Part shown: positions 13,167 through 27,240 of the stretch, piece by piece
Position numbering within the stretch: the stretch's first letter is position 1
How the letters are laid out: each line of letters starts with the position of its first letter
NCBI GenBank assembly: GCA_964188305.1
Contig: OZ076886.1
Length of the DNA stretch: 64,000 bases
From: Podarcis bocagei
Lineage: Eukaryota
Strand: one strand, 5' to 3'
Translations under genes and position numbers: made by a program
The notes under the pieces: generated by a model
Told to the model about the DNA's origin: nothing
The model's input: the letters and a program-made list of their open reading frames with translations, nothing else
Databases searched by the model: none

Positions 13167-13280
13167 AGAGTCGTAGCTCAGTGGCAGAGCTTCTGCCTTG
13201 CATGCACAAGGTCCCAGGTTCAATCCCTGGTGTCTCCAGGTAGGACTGGGGTGGTTCCTTGCCTGAAACCCTGGAGAGCC
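13167..13280 (+). mobile_element. tRNA(Ala-like)-derived SINE
   Basis: A box TAGCTCAGTGG and B box GGTTCAATCCC, continuing into SINE body GGTAGGACTGGG...CCCTGGAGAGCC. Related copy at about 46905-47060. Confidence 0.7.
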
Positions 13281-16200
13281 ACTCAGTCAGGCTTAGCCAT
13301 ACTTTCCTTTCGTCCGCACTTTCCAGGCATGGTCCATGCTTTAAGCCATGTATCTGAGTGCCACCCCCCTTTTTTGCTAGCTATCCCCGCAAAAACTTAC
13401 TCTTTAAAGTTGAATCGGAGCAAACGGCAGAAAACCCAAATTGCTGTTGGTTCCATTTCAGCTTTAAAGAACAGGTTTCCGAGGGGAAAAGTCCAGAGCT
13501 CCTGGACAGAACGGGGCAAAAGCTAGGTGTGGAGAAGCCCTCAGTGTAGACAATAATGAGCTAGATAGATGAGGCAGATTCCATTTCCCTTTCTGTATTA
13601 TTGCCAGTCCATTATCTTGCTTGCAGAATAAAGATGCTGGATTGTTTGCAGAATGGGAAAGTTGTCGTTTTGTCTGGGATTAACATCTCTTCCAGTACCT
13701 AGAGACAGGAGTGTCTTTGTGGCACAGCCTGAGTGAGGTCTGGGAAGAAGCCCTAAGGGGTAGGGAAGTCTAGGGCCCTTGACAGACGCAAGCTGGAACA
13801 GAGATGGGGGAATCTATGTGACCCTGTGGATATTGTTGTACTACACTTTCCACGTGGCGCTGTGGTCTAAACCACCTGCCTATTTATTTAGCTAGCTAGT
13901 TCCATCCATGTGCACCGTGCTTTTACAGAGGGACAACAAGAAGAGAGGTCTCTGCCCCATGCAGCTTACATTCTAAGATTCAGCACAGAGGAGGGAGCAG
14001 AGCAGGGGAAGAAGAATGCGTTCCTTTGGCCCTAGCTGGCAACGCCAACTTTGGTTTGCCCATTTACTATTTCCCCGCTGGTCCATCTGGGCTTATTTGC
14101 CTAGATCTAGAAAAAGATGGGGATTGTGGGTGATGTGGGTCTCTGTGTGCTACAACAAAGGGCAATTGGAAATGTGCATCTGTATTGCTGTTCACAAGCA
14201 ACAGTTTTCTTCTTCTGTTGGGCAAGGAATACCTGCAGGGGACATTCAGCAGCAGGGAGGGCCTTCTACCCACCAACCTCTTCTCCTTCCTCTCCAGCTG
14301 GGCATGAGACTTGCAAAAAGGCCCCAGGGAGGAGAATGAGAGAAAAGTTGCTGGACAGAATTGCCAGAAGGGGTGGGGGGCAGCCTCCCTCCCTCCTGCA
14401 CTGCTAACTGGGTCCAGTCTTACCAGTGGGCAGTGTAGATGCTGGGTTTGTTGTGTGGCACCCTGTAGGAGGTTATAAAATAAAATTGGAGAGAAGGCAG
14501 TTTGTTCTGCGGATTATTTTAATGGTTGGCCTTCGTGTTTTCAGCACGAACAACAGGTGTCGTCTGTCCCACCCCTCCTATGCATTGCTTCTACCCTTTG
14601 TGTGTGTGTGTGGGGGGGTATCAGGGCGGGTTGAAAAATCCACCCGACTCTAATGCAAGATGGTCCTTTCCTTCCCCTCCTTTTCCTATGATAGTCTCTC
14701 TCTCCCCCCACCCCCTTGATTCCCTCCTTCTCTAATTTTCTGCTTAGCACAATGCATGCATCTGCTCTGCAGAGGAAAGGGTTACAAGGAAGTGGAATAA
14801 CAATAAAAGATTTGAAATTTGACCCTGGCAAATCTACCTCCTCTTGTTTGAGTTTTAAGCCTGGCTGCATCCCAGGGGCATAATAACAGCGGGGAGTTGT
14901 GTGGCACAACAGCCAGAAGGAAGATCAAGGGGTGGGTGGGGGTGGGAGTGGGAATACCACCTTTCCTTGTGGAGTGTGTGTGCCAGCAAGGGACTAGGAA
15001 GTGGGTGGAGGAATAGACACCTGCCAAGGTGGGGCATGGTAATAGGGAAAGTATTTAATGTATGCCAGGCAGAATTACCAGCGAAGCTGTTTGCACAAGT
15101 GATGTTGAAATTGGTTGGGGTTTTGTTTGTGATTTGCATTTTCCTCCCCTTGCAGAGTCCATTCACAACCGACTCCCTTCCACCTTCCTGCATTGCTTAG
15201 CAGCACTCACAAGCGAAGGTGCATTGTAGGCTGGCAGGTGTTCTCATTTCTCTCTCCCCCCCCCCCCTGCTAGTCTCACCTGGGCTAGGCTGATTCCTGA
15301 AAGGAAGTGCTTCTTCACACAACACATTAATTACTTTAAAGAAATTGCAGAGAGCAGATGTGGCAGCAACTGATTGGCATAGGATGGGGGGCTTTCAAAT
15401 GATTTTTTTATTTCTTTCCAGAAATCTGTGGTCTACCCATGGCCATGAGCCATGTTTCCTAAATAGAGCCCCCAGGTGTTGCGGGGACAAACAGCAGCGG
15501 AGGGCTATTGCACTCAGGTACTGGCTGCGGGCTCCCTAGAGGCAGCTGGTTCACCGCTGTAGAAATGGGAGATTTAGAATAGATGGAACTTTAATCTGAT
15601 CCTGCAGTGCTCTCCTTATATTATAAATGCAAATCTAGTAGTAGTAGTAGCGTCAGCAGCAGTAATAGTAGCAATAACAATAATAAAAGTAAAAATAGTA
15701 GTAATAATAATAATAATATATTGTTTATTTTATATACCAAGATCTGTTTACGGCTTAATCCAAAAATAATAATAATTCTAACCCGTCTGCATATTCTTAG
15801 TCCAAACAGAATTGCAGGATCAGTGCAGGTGACACAGGAGAAACAGCACAAAGGACAGCAAGCATTGTGCAAAACCTTCGAGCTGTTCGGCCCAATTTGT
15901 TAAACCCCCACCCACCGGAATCTCCTTAAGCAGTCTCTTCAATGAACCTAAACCTCAAGGCGGCATCCCTCTCTCGTTTATCCTCACAACAACCCTGCGA
16001 AGTAGATTAGGCTGAGAGATGGAGACTGGTCCAAGGCCACGCAGGAACCACGTGGAACCGAGGTCTCCAAAGCCCAGCATTCTTAACCAGGGCATCATTA
16101 TTTGACTGAATGTGCTTAAGTTCCACTTGCAGTTAAATTAGCTTCTGTGTAAAAAGGTCAGGGTGCCCATGATTTTCCTCTGTAGACAAATACAGGAGAA

Positions 16201-16651
16201 AGTATAAGAACATAAGACTAACCGCACTGGATCAGCCACTCAGTGCCTCCAACAGTGGAGGTAGTAAAGTCAGGCAAATAAAGTCTGGTAAATAAGTACA
16301 GTCAGGCAGGTAGCATTTGATACCAAGTCAGGACACAACAGCAACTGGCACTAAAGAGGGGCTTCTGGAAAAACGTGTGCTGTGTTGCTGAGGAATCTGC
16401 CGAAGGACTTATTGACCCTGGCTGGGCTTTCTCTCCTTACAGGACCTGTAGCAGCTCCTCTGCGCAGAAGCCATAGCTGCTCTTGGAACTGTCTTCGCGC
16501 TCCTTGCATAAATCTCATCTCATGGGGGTTGACAGTGTGTGACCTTCTTCCCTTCAGCGATGGAGCCTGCCTCTTTGCCCAGGCCTCAGTACCACCTTGC
16601 CTTCCTTCTGCGGCCAGCCAGCTTCTTCAGTGATGATGACGACAGCGTGTT

Positions 16652-16725
16652 AGCGGGCAACGGAATCCCAAAAGCAGCTGTTTTTCTCTTAGCATTCCAG
16701 CTGCGCTTGGATTTCGTTCCCTGCT
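16652..16725 (+). ncRNA. MIR191: pre-miR-191
   Basis: Mature 5p CAACGGAATCCCAAAAGCAGCTG at 16658-16680, identical to the known miR-191-5p. 3p arm GCTGCGCTTGGATTTCGTTCCC at 16700-16721 pairs back to form a hairpin. Confidence 0.97.
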
Positions 16726-18892
16726 CTCCTGCTCTGCTCTTCTGGAGTTGGTTTGGTCTCCTCCTTAACTTGAGACATGGGAAAAGAGGCTGCGGCTTCT
16801 GGCGGTGGGGCTATAGGAAAAGGAACAAGGGGTTTTGCATGCAGAGCAAAGTTTCTGCTCTCCCTCATAATGAGAGCTAGAAATCCAAATCACAGCAAAG
16901 TTCCTTAGGGTCTTGCAGATGTCATCCGCTGTCAATTGGCTCAGCTAGCTTTTCATTTGAGCTATACCGAAGAGGAAAACGGGATGCAGATTCCATTCGC
17001 AGCCGACTCCCTAGGTGGCAACAGATGCGATTGCTGTGCAAAATGATTGTGACTGGGGGGGCGGGTTCCTTAACCGGTTAATTGTTGAGGCAACGGTGAA
17101 ACTTTAATAGCCAGGTAGCAAATGAAAAACCTAAAGCAAGCTGGGCGGGGGGGGGGGGGCGGGATCCTGGGTTGTTTAGGAAAAATAGCCAGGTGCCAAT
17201 CTGAGGAGTAGCTTTTAAAAAAAAGTGTCGTGTTGGTTTTTGTTTGCGCCTTTCTTCATGTGCTGCATAATCAGCTTATGGAATTATTGACAAAGAGGTG
17301 TTGTGATGACAGCTGCTATGTATGGTTTTTTGTTTTAAAAAACATATTAAACCAATGGATGGCAAATAGGTCTATTAACGGCTATTTGCTAGAACAGCTG
17401 GGAACAGAACTTCCACATGTAGGAAGCCTCTAATTGCCAGAATAAACAAGAGGGGCTGGATATACTCTGCCACGTAGGTTTCCAAAAAACATCTAACTAG
17501 GCCACTTTGGGTTGCTGCACTATCTGGATCTTGGTGTCTCCAATAGGGGCCTTTTCCAAACAGCCGGTTCATTGAGCATTCATCCTGAATCATTTTTGGG
17601 GGGAAATAGACAGCACTGGCTGCTTCATGAGCCTTCACTCTGGTTTGTTGGTTGGGGAGGTTCTATGGCATTGCACAAAAGCAAGGGTTACCCAGCGTTT
17701 TCCACGGCATTTCTCAAGTTGCTTTCCTTCTCACAAGCCCCCTATCTTCTGGAGAAAGCGGGTTTGTTATGCAGGGGCACTAAATCAGCTTCACATGCAG
17801 AATCCCATCTGGAAACTACGACGGTCTGGAAGCGTCTCGGGGGATGGGGAAGCATGTGGTTGGACTACAACTCGCATCATCCCTGACCATTGGTCATACT
17901 GGCCCGAGGCTGATGGGAATTGGAAGTCCAACAATATCTCGAGGAGTCCAGTATGGAAAGACAATTTTCAAGTTACTGGTGTATGTACCTGTAAAAATGG
18001 AGCATTCTCACAGCATGGGAGAGGATATATTTTGACCACCAGAGGCGGCTAGAGGTTTGAGGTAGAAGTCCTTAAGGCAGGAGGCTTAAGGAGGGACTGC
18101 TGGAATGGTGTGCTGTTTTGGCAGCACCGTGGAGGTGTGAGTCAGGTGTGCCTCTGGGTTTCTTCACGTCTCTGTCCTCTAAAGATAGTGGTTTGTTTCC
18201 TGAGGGGGTGGAACCGCCAGATCTGGATCTGTCGATGTGCTACAGTCAGCAAGCACTTCCAGCCACAAAGTGGATAAGGCCATCTGCGATCTGGGACAGG
18301 AAGGGGCCCAATCACGCGATGTGGGCATGAACTTCCTGTTCTGGGTACAGCACAGGCAGAGTTGGGATTGAGAGGCCCAGGGTTCAGCAGATCTAGAAGC
18401 AGGGAGGGTGGTTCACAGTAGGGGCAGTGGTGACTGGTAAAGTGGGAGCCCAGTAATGGGTGGAGCCACAGTTCATGGCAGTCAGAGCCAACCGATTCAG
18501 TTCTAGTTTTGTCCCAGTCTTCTCCCTCCACACAGCAGAGTTCTGCAAGGGCAGCCTTGGCACTGAGGAGGGGGAAGCTGGCATGCATTGCCACCCGCAC
18601 CCCCCAGGCTGTAGGCAAGAAGGCTGGCAGGTGAGGGCTGGCTGAAGGCAGGCAGAGATTGGTGAGGCAATGCCCCATTGGCTCTGAAGGACCAGCCTCC
18701 ATTGAATATAGGCCCTTTGGTCAAGGGTGGGCAACCTTTCTTCTGTCAAGGACCGCATTCCCTCAGGGGTCATTGGTCACAAACCGAAACAGGGCTGGAA
18801 CCAAAGTGGGCAGGCCTACTCCTTCTCTCTCTCTCTAACACTTCCATAAAGGACATAAGGAGAGCCTGCTGCTCTACCTCTCTTTTAAATCA

Positions 18893-19786
18893 GAACCAGT
18901 GAAGGCGGTGAAGGTCCTGTGTGAGTGTCTGGAGGCGGTTAGAGGATGGATGGCGGCTAACAGATTGAGGTTGAATCCTGACAAGACAGAAGTACTGTTT
19001 TTGGGGGACAGGAGGCGGGCAGGTGTGGAGGATTCCCTGGTCCTGAATGGGGTAACTGTGCCCCTGAAGGACCAGGTGCGCAGCCTGGGAGTCATTTTGG
19101 ACTCACAGCTGTCCATGGAGACACAGGTCAAATCTGTGTCCAGGGCAGCTGTTTACCAGCTCCATCTGGTACGTAGGCTGAGACCCTATCTGCCTGCGGA
19201 CTGTCTCGCCAGAGTGGTGCATGCTCTGGTTATCTCCCGCTTGGACTACTGCAATGCGCTCTACGTGGGGCTACCTTTGAAGGTGACCCGGAAGCTACAA
19301 CTAATCCAGAATGCGGCAGCTAGACTGGTGACTGGGGGCAGCCGCCGAGACCATATAACACCGGTCTTGAAAGACCTACATTGGCTCCCAGTACGTTTCC
19401 GAGCACAATTCAAAGTGTTGGTGCTGACCTTTAAAGCCCTAAACGGCCTCGGCCCAGTATACCTGAAGGAGCATCTCCACCCCCATCATTCTGCCCGGAC
19501 GCTGAGGTCCAGCACCGAGGGCCTTCTGGCGGTTCCCTCATTGCGAGAAGCAAAGCTACAGGGAACCAGGCAGAGGGCCTTCTCAGTAGTGGCGCCCGCC
19601 CTGTGGAACGCCCTTCCAGCAGATGTCAAAGCGATAAACAACTACCTGACATTCAGAAGACATCTTAAGGCAGCCCTGTTCAGGGAAGTTTTTAACGTGT
19701 AACATTTTACTGTATTTTTGGTTTTTATGGAAGCCTCCCAGAGTGGCTGGGGAGGCCCAGCCAGGTGGGCGGGGTATAAATAATAA

Positions 19787-19835
<49 letters not shown>
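18893..19835 (+). mobile_element. L2 LINE 3' fragment with intact RT C-terminal ORF
   Basis: ORF 18899-19702 contains WMAANRLRLNPDKTE, LGVILD, SRLDYCN, LQLIQNAAARL and LHWLPV; (ATT)n tail. Confidence 0.92.
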
Positions 19836-20967
19836 GGCCAGTGCTGTATCTAGTCCAGCATCCTGTTCTCACAGTGGCTGACCAGATGCCTGTGGGAAAC
19901 CGACAAGCAGGATTTGAGCCCAAGAGCTGTCTCCCCTCCTGTGGCTTCTGTAAAACTGGTATTCAGAACATTGCTGCCTCCAGCTGTGGAGCCAGAGTAG
20001 AGCCATCGTGGCTAATGGCCATCGATAGCCCTCTCTTCTAATTCTCTTTTAAAGCCATCTAGGTTGGGCGCCATTACTGCCTCGTTTGGGAGCAAGCTCC
20101 ATATCTTGGCGGTGTGAAGAAGTAGCTTCTTTTATCTGTTTAGCTTTCAGCTTCAGGGTATGGCCACGAGTTCTAGTCTTGCGAGAGGGAGGGAGAAAAA
20201 CACTTCTCTTATTCACTTAACACACGAGCTTTTAAATTTCTATCATGTCACCACTTAGTCGCCTTTTCTCTAAACAAAAACAGTCCCCTCTCTTGTAGGG
20301 GAGTTCCTTCATTGCCTTGATCATGTATCGGTTGCTGAACTGTTTCCAACTCTATAATATCCTTTTCAAGGTTCTCTCTCTCCCGCCCCCCATCTGACAC
20401 CCCCTTCTCTTAACATTTCTGTAGTAGGCCACATTCCAGCCACACAAGCCAGGGGTTTCTCCAATCCATACATAGGAAAGAGCAAGGTATGTTCTCAACA
20501 GTTGAGGGAAACTTTCCAGCCAAGCAGAACCACTTGAGGAGGATGCAGAACAGGCCTGGTGAAGAATTGTCCCTTGAGGAGATTTCCACAGGCCAGGCAG
20601 AGAAGCCTGGAGGACTGAAGTTGTTCCCTGTGCATGAGATTCCCCTCACCCCCAATGACTTTGGGGTTTGTTTCTCATCCTATGTTTTCTTTATTTATAC
20701 CCAGCTCTTCCTCCCCGTGGCACAGCTAACAGACACGATCTAAAAACGGAAACCAAGCAAAAACAACATTCTAAAACGGATTGAAAGTGGGTTATGCGTT
20801 TACCACAACAAAATGGGGGAGGAAACCAGTGCACCCAATAGCCACATAAAAGTATGACGTGGCTCTTAATGCTAAAAATGCACGGATGCTGCTGTTGTCT
20901 CTTGTGGTGTAAGGGGGGGGAGGGATATATCCCTTTTCAGCATGGTTGGAGGGAAGGGAAGCTGGTA

Positions 20968-21191
20968 TAGTGGTACCTCTGGTTAAGTACTTAATTCGTT
21001 CCGGAGGTTGGTTCTTAACCTGAAACTTCTTAACCTGAAGCACCACTTTAGCTAATGGGGCCTCCTGCTGCTGCCACACCACCGGAGCACGATTTCTGTT
21101 CTCATCCTGAAGCAAAGTTCTTAACCCGAGGTACTATTTCTGGGTTAGCGGAGTCTGTAACCTGAAGCGTATGTAACCCAAGGTACCACTG
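20968..21191. mobile_element. Tc1/mariner MITE, copy 3 (inverted)
   Basis: Same family TIRs and TA TSD. Confidence 0.88.
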
Positions 21192-21898
21192 TACATTGAA
21201 AGATCATTGACTACTAAGGCTAAAGATATACCTTCTCAAGAGAGAAGGGTGAGGGCTTCCTTTTTCTATCATATCAGTCTTCGGCTCACGTCAGAGACAG
21301 TTATTGTTAGCTCCTCATATCCTAACATTTTAAACGGTCATGGCTTCAGTGTCGTGCTACTTTGAGCTGCCATGTCCTCCTAAGAATCATGGAATCTAGT
21401 TTGTTAGTGGCGCTGAGGGCCATTGGGAGACACACACCCCGACACAGAGCTATAATTATCATAGTGATTTAACAGTCAATCTCTCCTCAGGGAGCTCTGA
21501 GAGTTGTAGCTCTGGAAGTCATTTATGAAGTGTAGGACACCCCTGCTCCTAACAGCAAACTTATATGGTGAAGTGCTGACAATACAGCAGCTATAAGGGG
21601 AGCCACTGAGGGAAAAGTGTGAAGTATCAACCTGCTTGTGGGAACCCTGGAGTTTGTAGCAGTACAAAAATATTTTTGAAAAAAACACTTAAACGGGTAG
21701 CCCCACCCCCACTTAAAGAACAGCAGCAGCCTAATGAGAACTGAGCATGCTCAGCTGCCTTGCTGTCTGGAACCCTGAACAGGAGCACTCCTGTTAGGAT
21801 GCGAGGATATGCACTGTAACATTTTGCTGCAGTCTCCCTGATCAGAACATAACTGTTATAAATAACTATCTTCAGTTTTCACCGTATACTAACCCGTG

Positions 21899-22272
21899 CA
21901 TAGGCGCCGACTCCATGGGGCTTGAGGGGGCTCGAGCCCCCTCAAAAAAATTTTTGGGGGGGCTCAGCCCCCCCAATAATCTCGGGCGGGCGCCCTTTCA
22001 GCAGAGCGCCGCCGCCGTCCCCCGCCTCCTCCTCACCTGCTCCTTCGCCAGCCAGCCAGCCGCGCGCCCTAATCGGAGGCACTGCCGGAAATCCCGCGAG
22101 AACAGGGGAATCCCGACTGGCCACACCTCCCAGCCAGCCAATCAGCTGGCTGGGGGGGCGTGGCTTGCCCTATTTAGGGCCGGAGCCACTTTATTTGCAT
22201 ATTCATGAGCTTATTTATTATTCATGAGCTTTCCCGGGCCCCCCCAATATTTTTTCTAAGTCCGCGTCCCTG
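21899..22272. mobile_element. GC-rich hAT-type MITE
   Basis: Imperfect TIRs CATAGGCGCCGACT / AGTCCGCGTCCCTG. Perfect 8-bp TSD aacccgtg at 21891-21898 and 22273-22280. Confidence 0.85.
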
Positions 22273-22977
22273 AACCCGTGACCTAAACCGTTTCTTGATT
22301 CTGCCAGAAGTAATTTACAGCTGGGCACATACTGAAGTGACACGCTGAAGATTTGAAAGCCTTCGGAGTGACACATCTTCCCAATTGGTTGCTCTTTCGA
22401 CCAGAGAGATTACAGGTAGTAAACTCTTCTTCTCCAGTGCGTTTATCCAAGGAGGAGTTGCCTTAAAGTGCAATGGCTACTAGCCGTCAATGGCTGTTAT
22501 CCACCATGGCTGGGCAGTAACGTTTTTGAATACCAGTTGCTGGAAACCACAGGAGGGGAAAATGCTCTTTTGCTTAGATCCTTGCATGTTTGCGACGGGA
22601 ATCTGGTCAGCCACTGTGAGATGCTGGACTAGATGGGTCTTTGGGCAGATCCAAAAGGTCCTTACTGTGTTCCTACGGAAGCTCACCCAGCTCAAGACTA
22701 TGAACAGGACCCTAGGGCCAGGGGGGAGGGTCTCAAGCAGGGGACTTTCCAAGCCCTTCCCTGTGAATATTTTAACACTGCTGATGCCCTGGAATGTTCC
22801 TAGGACACCACCACCCTTAACCTGCAAATCTCTCCTCCCCAAGCTGGTGACTGGCTGGACTTGGTCATGTCAAATTGCAGAAGGCACCCACTGGAACAGA
22901 GCCAGGTTGGCTTCAAGACAATGTTCCTGTATTCAGCCAGTTTCTCTTAAGAGACATTTTTCTTCCCTGCAAGAAGT

Positions 22978-23011
<34 letters not shown>

Positions 23012-23203
23012 CCTTTATTAGGCATTATGCAAATAAAATAACATGTAAAAGCCTTGGAATATATATAAAAAGAAGTTCCAAGAACAAAACAAAACAAAAA
23101 TCTTGGTGCCCAGGCATGAAGAGACCAGTGTGTGTGGATTGCACCTAGAGTGGATCAGATATCTTAAGCCTCACATGCACAGGGATGTTCAGGAGAAGAA
23201 ATT

Positions 23204-23278
23204 GCTTTGGAATGACACGATCACTCCCGCTGAGCGAGCAGACACAACGGCCACGGGGATGTCGTGTCTGTCCAAAGC
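23204..23278 (+). ncRNA. MIR425: pre-miR-425
   Basis: 5p AATGACACGATCACTCCCGCTGA at 23211-23233 (one difference from recalled human miR-425-5p). 3p arm CACGGGGATGTCGTGTCTGTCC at about 23252-23273. Basal stem GCTTTGG/CCAAAGC. Confidence 0.95.
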
Positions 23279-25385
23279 TCTTTCAAGGATCCCCATGAAA
23301 AAAATACAGCAGGGTGAACGAGTGAGCAGCTTTTCCAGTCCTAAAGAAGACATTTCATGCAATGTCATGCGTCTTGTCTATAGCACAGATTCACTCATTC
23401 ATTTCATAGCATGTCCTCCTAGCACAGAGTAAATAGCTGCTTCTAGTTCATCAAGGGTGGGCGCTTCTAGTTTCTCAAGGGTATATTTCCTACAGCTGCA
23501 TAATCTTGCACAGGAAGTGAAAGGAGAAGTGAATGCATGAGGTTTCTACTGCACTGGATCTGGCCCATGCAAGTTGACAGTCCTTTCATATAAATTATTG
23601 TGTGTGGTACAAGTATACATGTGAGATGTCATGTGAGTCATGCTGTGTGTAAGGAGGAAAGGAACTCACAAATTAGATGCTCGTTCTTTTATTTGCATGC
23701 CAAGCCAAAAGGACGTTAAGCTACGGAGCCAAACAGATAACATAATAAACCAACTCCCCAAACAACAGCTCTGCATCCAAGACTCCTTCCTTATTCTGGT
23801 TGCCGTACAGGCCCAAATGGGAATGTTGATATAATTGTTTGCTAATCAAAGCACATGTTGTAAAATAAAAGATTTAAAAAAAAGAAGTTCTCAGGAACTA
23901 GAGGGAAAGAATCAAGCACATTTCAAATGGCTGAACATGTAAATAAGTAATATAGGTCCTCTGTGTCAACCTGCAAATGGTAAGTAAACACACAAAAATG
24001 CTTAGGACTGAATATACACAATTGCTACAGTTTCTGTTATTATCTACTCTAGCCAACATGGTGCCTCCAAATGTTGAACTCCATCTCCCATCAGCCTCAG
24101 CCAGCAAATTCAGTGATCAAGGATTCTGGGAGTTGTGGCCCACAAACATCTGGAGGAGGTTGAGGAAGGTTATTGGCAAGGTCCCTCCAGAATGATCTTA
24201 AGGTGGAGGATTTCCCTTTAAGACTGGAGAAGTCAGCAATAGAACCCGGGTCCTTTGTAACCGCAAAACATGTACTTTACTACTGAGCTAAAGCCTCTCA
24301 ATATTGGCATATTTAACTCTGAGGTCTTCCACTGGATTAAAAAAGGGTCAAAACTGAAAAGCTGCTGCGGAAGTGCATTTTTCCTTAGCTGGAAGCTTCC
24401 AGCGCAGCCTTGCTTGGGGCATGTCAATAGAGCCCAAGAACATTGTCTCGGCTTGCCGTATGAGCCATGCCAAAAGCGATTTAGCAGTCCAGTGACTAAG
24501 GTTCTGTCAGGTCTCCAGTTGCATCTGGAAGGACTAGATGGCTCTAGTTTGGAGATGAACTGCATAATCCCTTGTGTGTTTATTCAGAGGTAAGCAACGG
24601 GTGAGCATACATAGGACAAGATTAACAGGCCTTGAATCTCGAACTGACAAGGACATATTTTAGTGCCCAAGCTACAGAACACCAACAGCCTTGTTGCTTA
24701 CAATAGGGTTTCCAGCAGGAGCTTCAGTTCAAGGGGCTAGGCTTGCTGCTGCTGCACCCTTGATAATAGTATTCCCACCTATCCATTTCCCCCCAGGCTG
24801 GATGCAAAGCAGCTAATTTCTGTGGGCATGCAATGGAGTGCCAAGGCAACCGTAGCGGGGCTTGGGGGGGGGGGGAATCTTCTGCCACGGCTGACAGTCA
24901 GTAGTTGGTCTGGCGTGAGAAGGAATTCTCAGATCATCTCTTGGCTGTGGGTGGTGCAGAGAGTACGGCCCCCCTTTTTAGATTCTTCCACCTCAACAAA
25001 GAGAAGTGGGTGCACCAGGGTGTCGGATGAGAACGGGTTTTGAGATGCTGATGTGAGGTGTGTTGTGCTCTCTGCTGAGAAATAAAACATGCAACTGCAC
25101 CAAAAAAAGGGAAAGATTGAATTCTGACTTGTTGATTACTCAGATCCAATCAAAATTACACGTGCCCTTTGTTTGAATAATGAACACTTACAGCAGAGGG
25201 TAGGGGATCTCAGACCAGGGAATGGTTGGATGTGATGCTCCAGGCCCCCTAGACCCTCCCCAGGCCACACTCCATTGCTGTCTCTGCTTCAAGGTCTTGA
25301 GGGCTCACATGTACAAGAGGATGGAGAAATTAAGGCACAGAAGCCTCTCAAGGTTTGCATAGCTAGAAATGTAGCCTACTGCACC

Positions 25386-25690
25386 TATCCATTCTTAAGG
25401 AAATCAGCCCTGAGTGCTCGCTGGAAGGACAGATCGTGAAGCTGAGGCTCCAATACTTTGGCCACCTCATGAGAAGAGAAGACTCCCTGGAAAAGACCCT
25501 GAGGTTGGGAAAGATTGAGGGCACAAGGAGAAGGGGACGACAGAGGACGAAATGGTTGGACAGTGTTCTCGAAGCTACCAGCATGAGTTTGACCAAACTG
25601 TGAGAGGCAGTGGAGGACAGAAGTGCCTGGCGTGCTCTGGTCCATGGGGTCACGAAGAGTCGGACACGACTAAACAACTGAACAACAAGC
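25386..25690 (+). mobile_element. RTE-BovB 3' fragment
   Basis: LKEISPECSLEGQIVKLRLQYFGHLMRREDSLEKTL..., with the BovB terminus and a CAA-type tail. Confidence 0.9.
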
Positions 25691-25933
25691 ACAAATGAAA
25701 GAGTCGTATCCATTGTCCTGCCCACTTTTGCCTCTGGTGCTGCCCACCACTCGCCTGCAGCTCCCAGAAGGCTGCCCACAAAGGGATGCAGCCCTTGGGC
25801 CAGAGAAGGTCTCCTTCCCTGCTTTAATGTGTAGGACTGTCGTCTCAAGAGCTGAAAATTACATTCAAAGAAAGAAAGAAGAGCGAGCGAGCAAACTCAG
25901 GTTACTGAATGCTGTGGTTTTAATGTGCTTATG

Positions 25934-26371
25934 CAGGGCTCAGCAAACTTTTTCGGCAGGGGGCTGGTCCACTGTCCCTCAGACCTTATGGGGGGCCGGA
26001 CTATTTTTTTTGGGGGGGGGAATGATGCATGAGCCCCAGTGGCTGCCTACCTGTGTCTTGTGAGCGACGGGCTGGTGGCGGCGGGGGGACGATGAGCAAT
26101 GTGCGAAAGGGCTCTGGAGAGGGGCTGCTTAAAATGGCCGCCACTCAAGCACTGCTGCTGCTGGCACCAACAAAGCCTGTCCGCCTTCCTCCTCTAGGCA
26201 GGGCGGGGAGAAGTCAGGAGGGAGGGGGAGGCGCCACCGGTGCCATGAGAGGGAGAGGGAAAGAATGTGCGTGCTGGTGATCCACGTGGCAATTCCTGGA
26301 CCATCTGTGGGCCAAATCCAGGAGGCAATTGGGCCTGATCTGGCCTGTGGATCTTAGTTTGCCGACCCATA
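25934..26371. mobile_element. hAT-type MITE
   Basis: CAGGGCTCAGCAAACT...AGTTTGCCGACCC termini; TSD tgcttatg at 25926-25933 and 26372-26379. Confidence 0.75.
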
Positions 26372-27240
26372 TGCTTATGTGAAAGCGGGCTGAGGTATTA
26401 TCTTTATCCTTTTTTCAAATAAACATAGGTTTCATAGACTCATAGGGCCGAGGGCTTCTTGGAGGTCATTAAGTCCAACCCTCTCTGCCAATGGAGGAAA
26501 CAACTTCAGTATCCACTGGTATTCAGCCTCTGCTTAAAGCTGCCCAGCAAAGGAGAGCCTATCACCTCCTGAGGCACTTTGTTCTTCTGTCCAACAGCTC
26601 TTGCTGTTAGGAAGTTTTGCCTAATGTTGAGGTGAAATCTGTTTCCCTGTGATTTCTACCCAGTTGGTGGTATTCAGCTAAGTGGACCCACTGGCCCCAA
26701 CTTAGTTGCTAAGTGCGAAAATTCATTTTGTATACATGGTTAAGTTTTTAAAGAGGAACCCTATGTAGCCAGAACAGTGCAAGAAAGAGAAAAAAACAGA
26801 GAGAAAGATGTCTGTTTAGATCAAAGAGCCTTCTCTGGCATAATCTAATCTTCTTTCCCGTGTGGCTGATAATGAGGAAGGTTTAACTCAACTCTGCATC
26901 TCTCATTCACAGATGTGAGAACAAAGTTGGAAGATATGTGGAGAATCAGGGTCCAAATAATCTCTGTGACGTTTTCACCTTGCATCCTGTTAAAGCACGA
27001 CATATACACCCCCAATAAATATGCGTCCCAGTTACATGTTATATTCTGCATAGGACACACACAAGCCTGAATCCACTGCAATATTACACACCCTGCAACG
27101 GATGGTAAAACCTAATTTTGTAGCACAGAGAAAAGTAGGATGGAGGTGGATCCTGTTCAGTGAAGGTATTTAAGCAGAAACTGGATGGTCATGTCAAGCA
27201 TGCTGCAGCTCATGTGATTTTCTTTTATGCATTTGAATCC

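Noticed and set aside
13167-13240. tRNA-Ala gene
   Set aside because: Stems are degenerate and the sequence continues into a SINE body with no T-run terminator.
18899-19702. 267-aa ORF as a host gene
   Set aside because: It is the L2 reverse-transcriptase C-terminus, with other copies in the window.
21740-21755. Palindrome CTGAGCATGCTCAG as a third miRNA or binding site
   Set aside because: It is only 14 bp with no extended pre-miRNA stem; no function can be supported.
24232-24292. Reverse-strand tRNA-like sequence
   Set aside because: Too degenerate; probably a SINE head or tRNA pseudogene.
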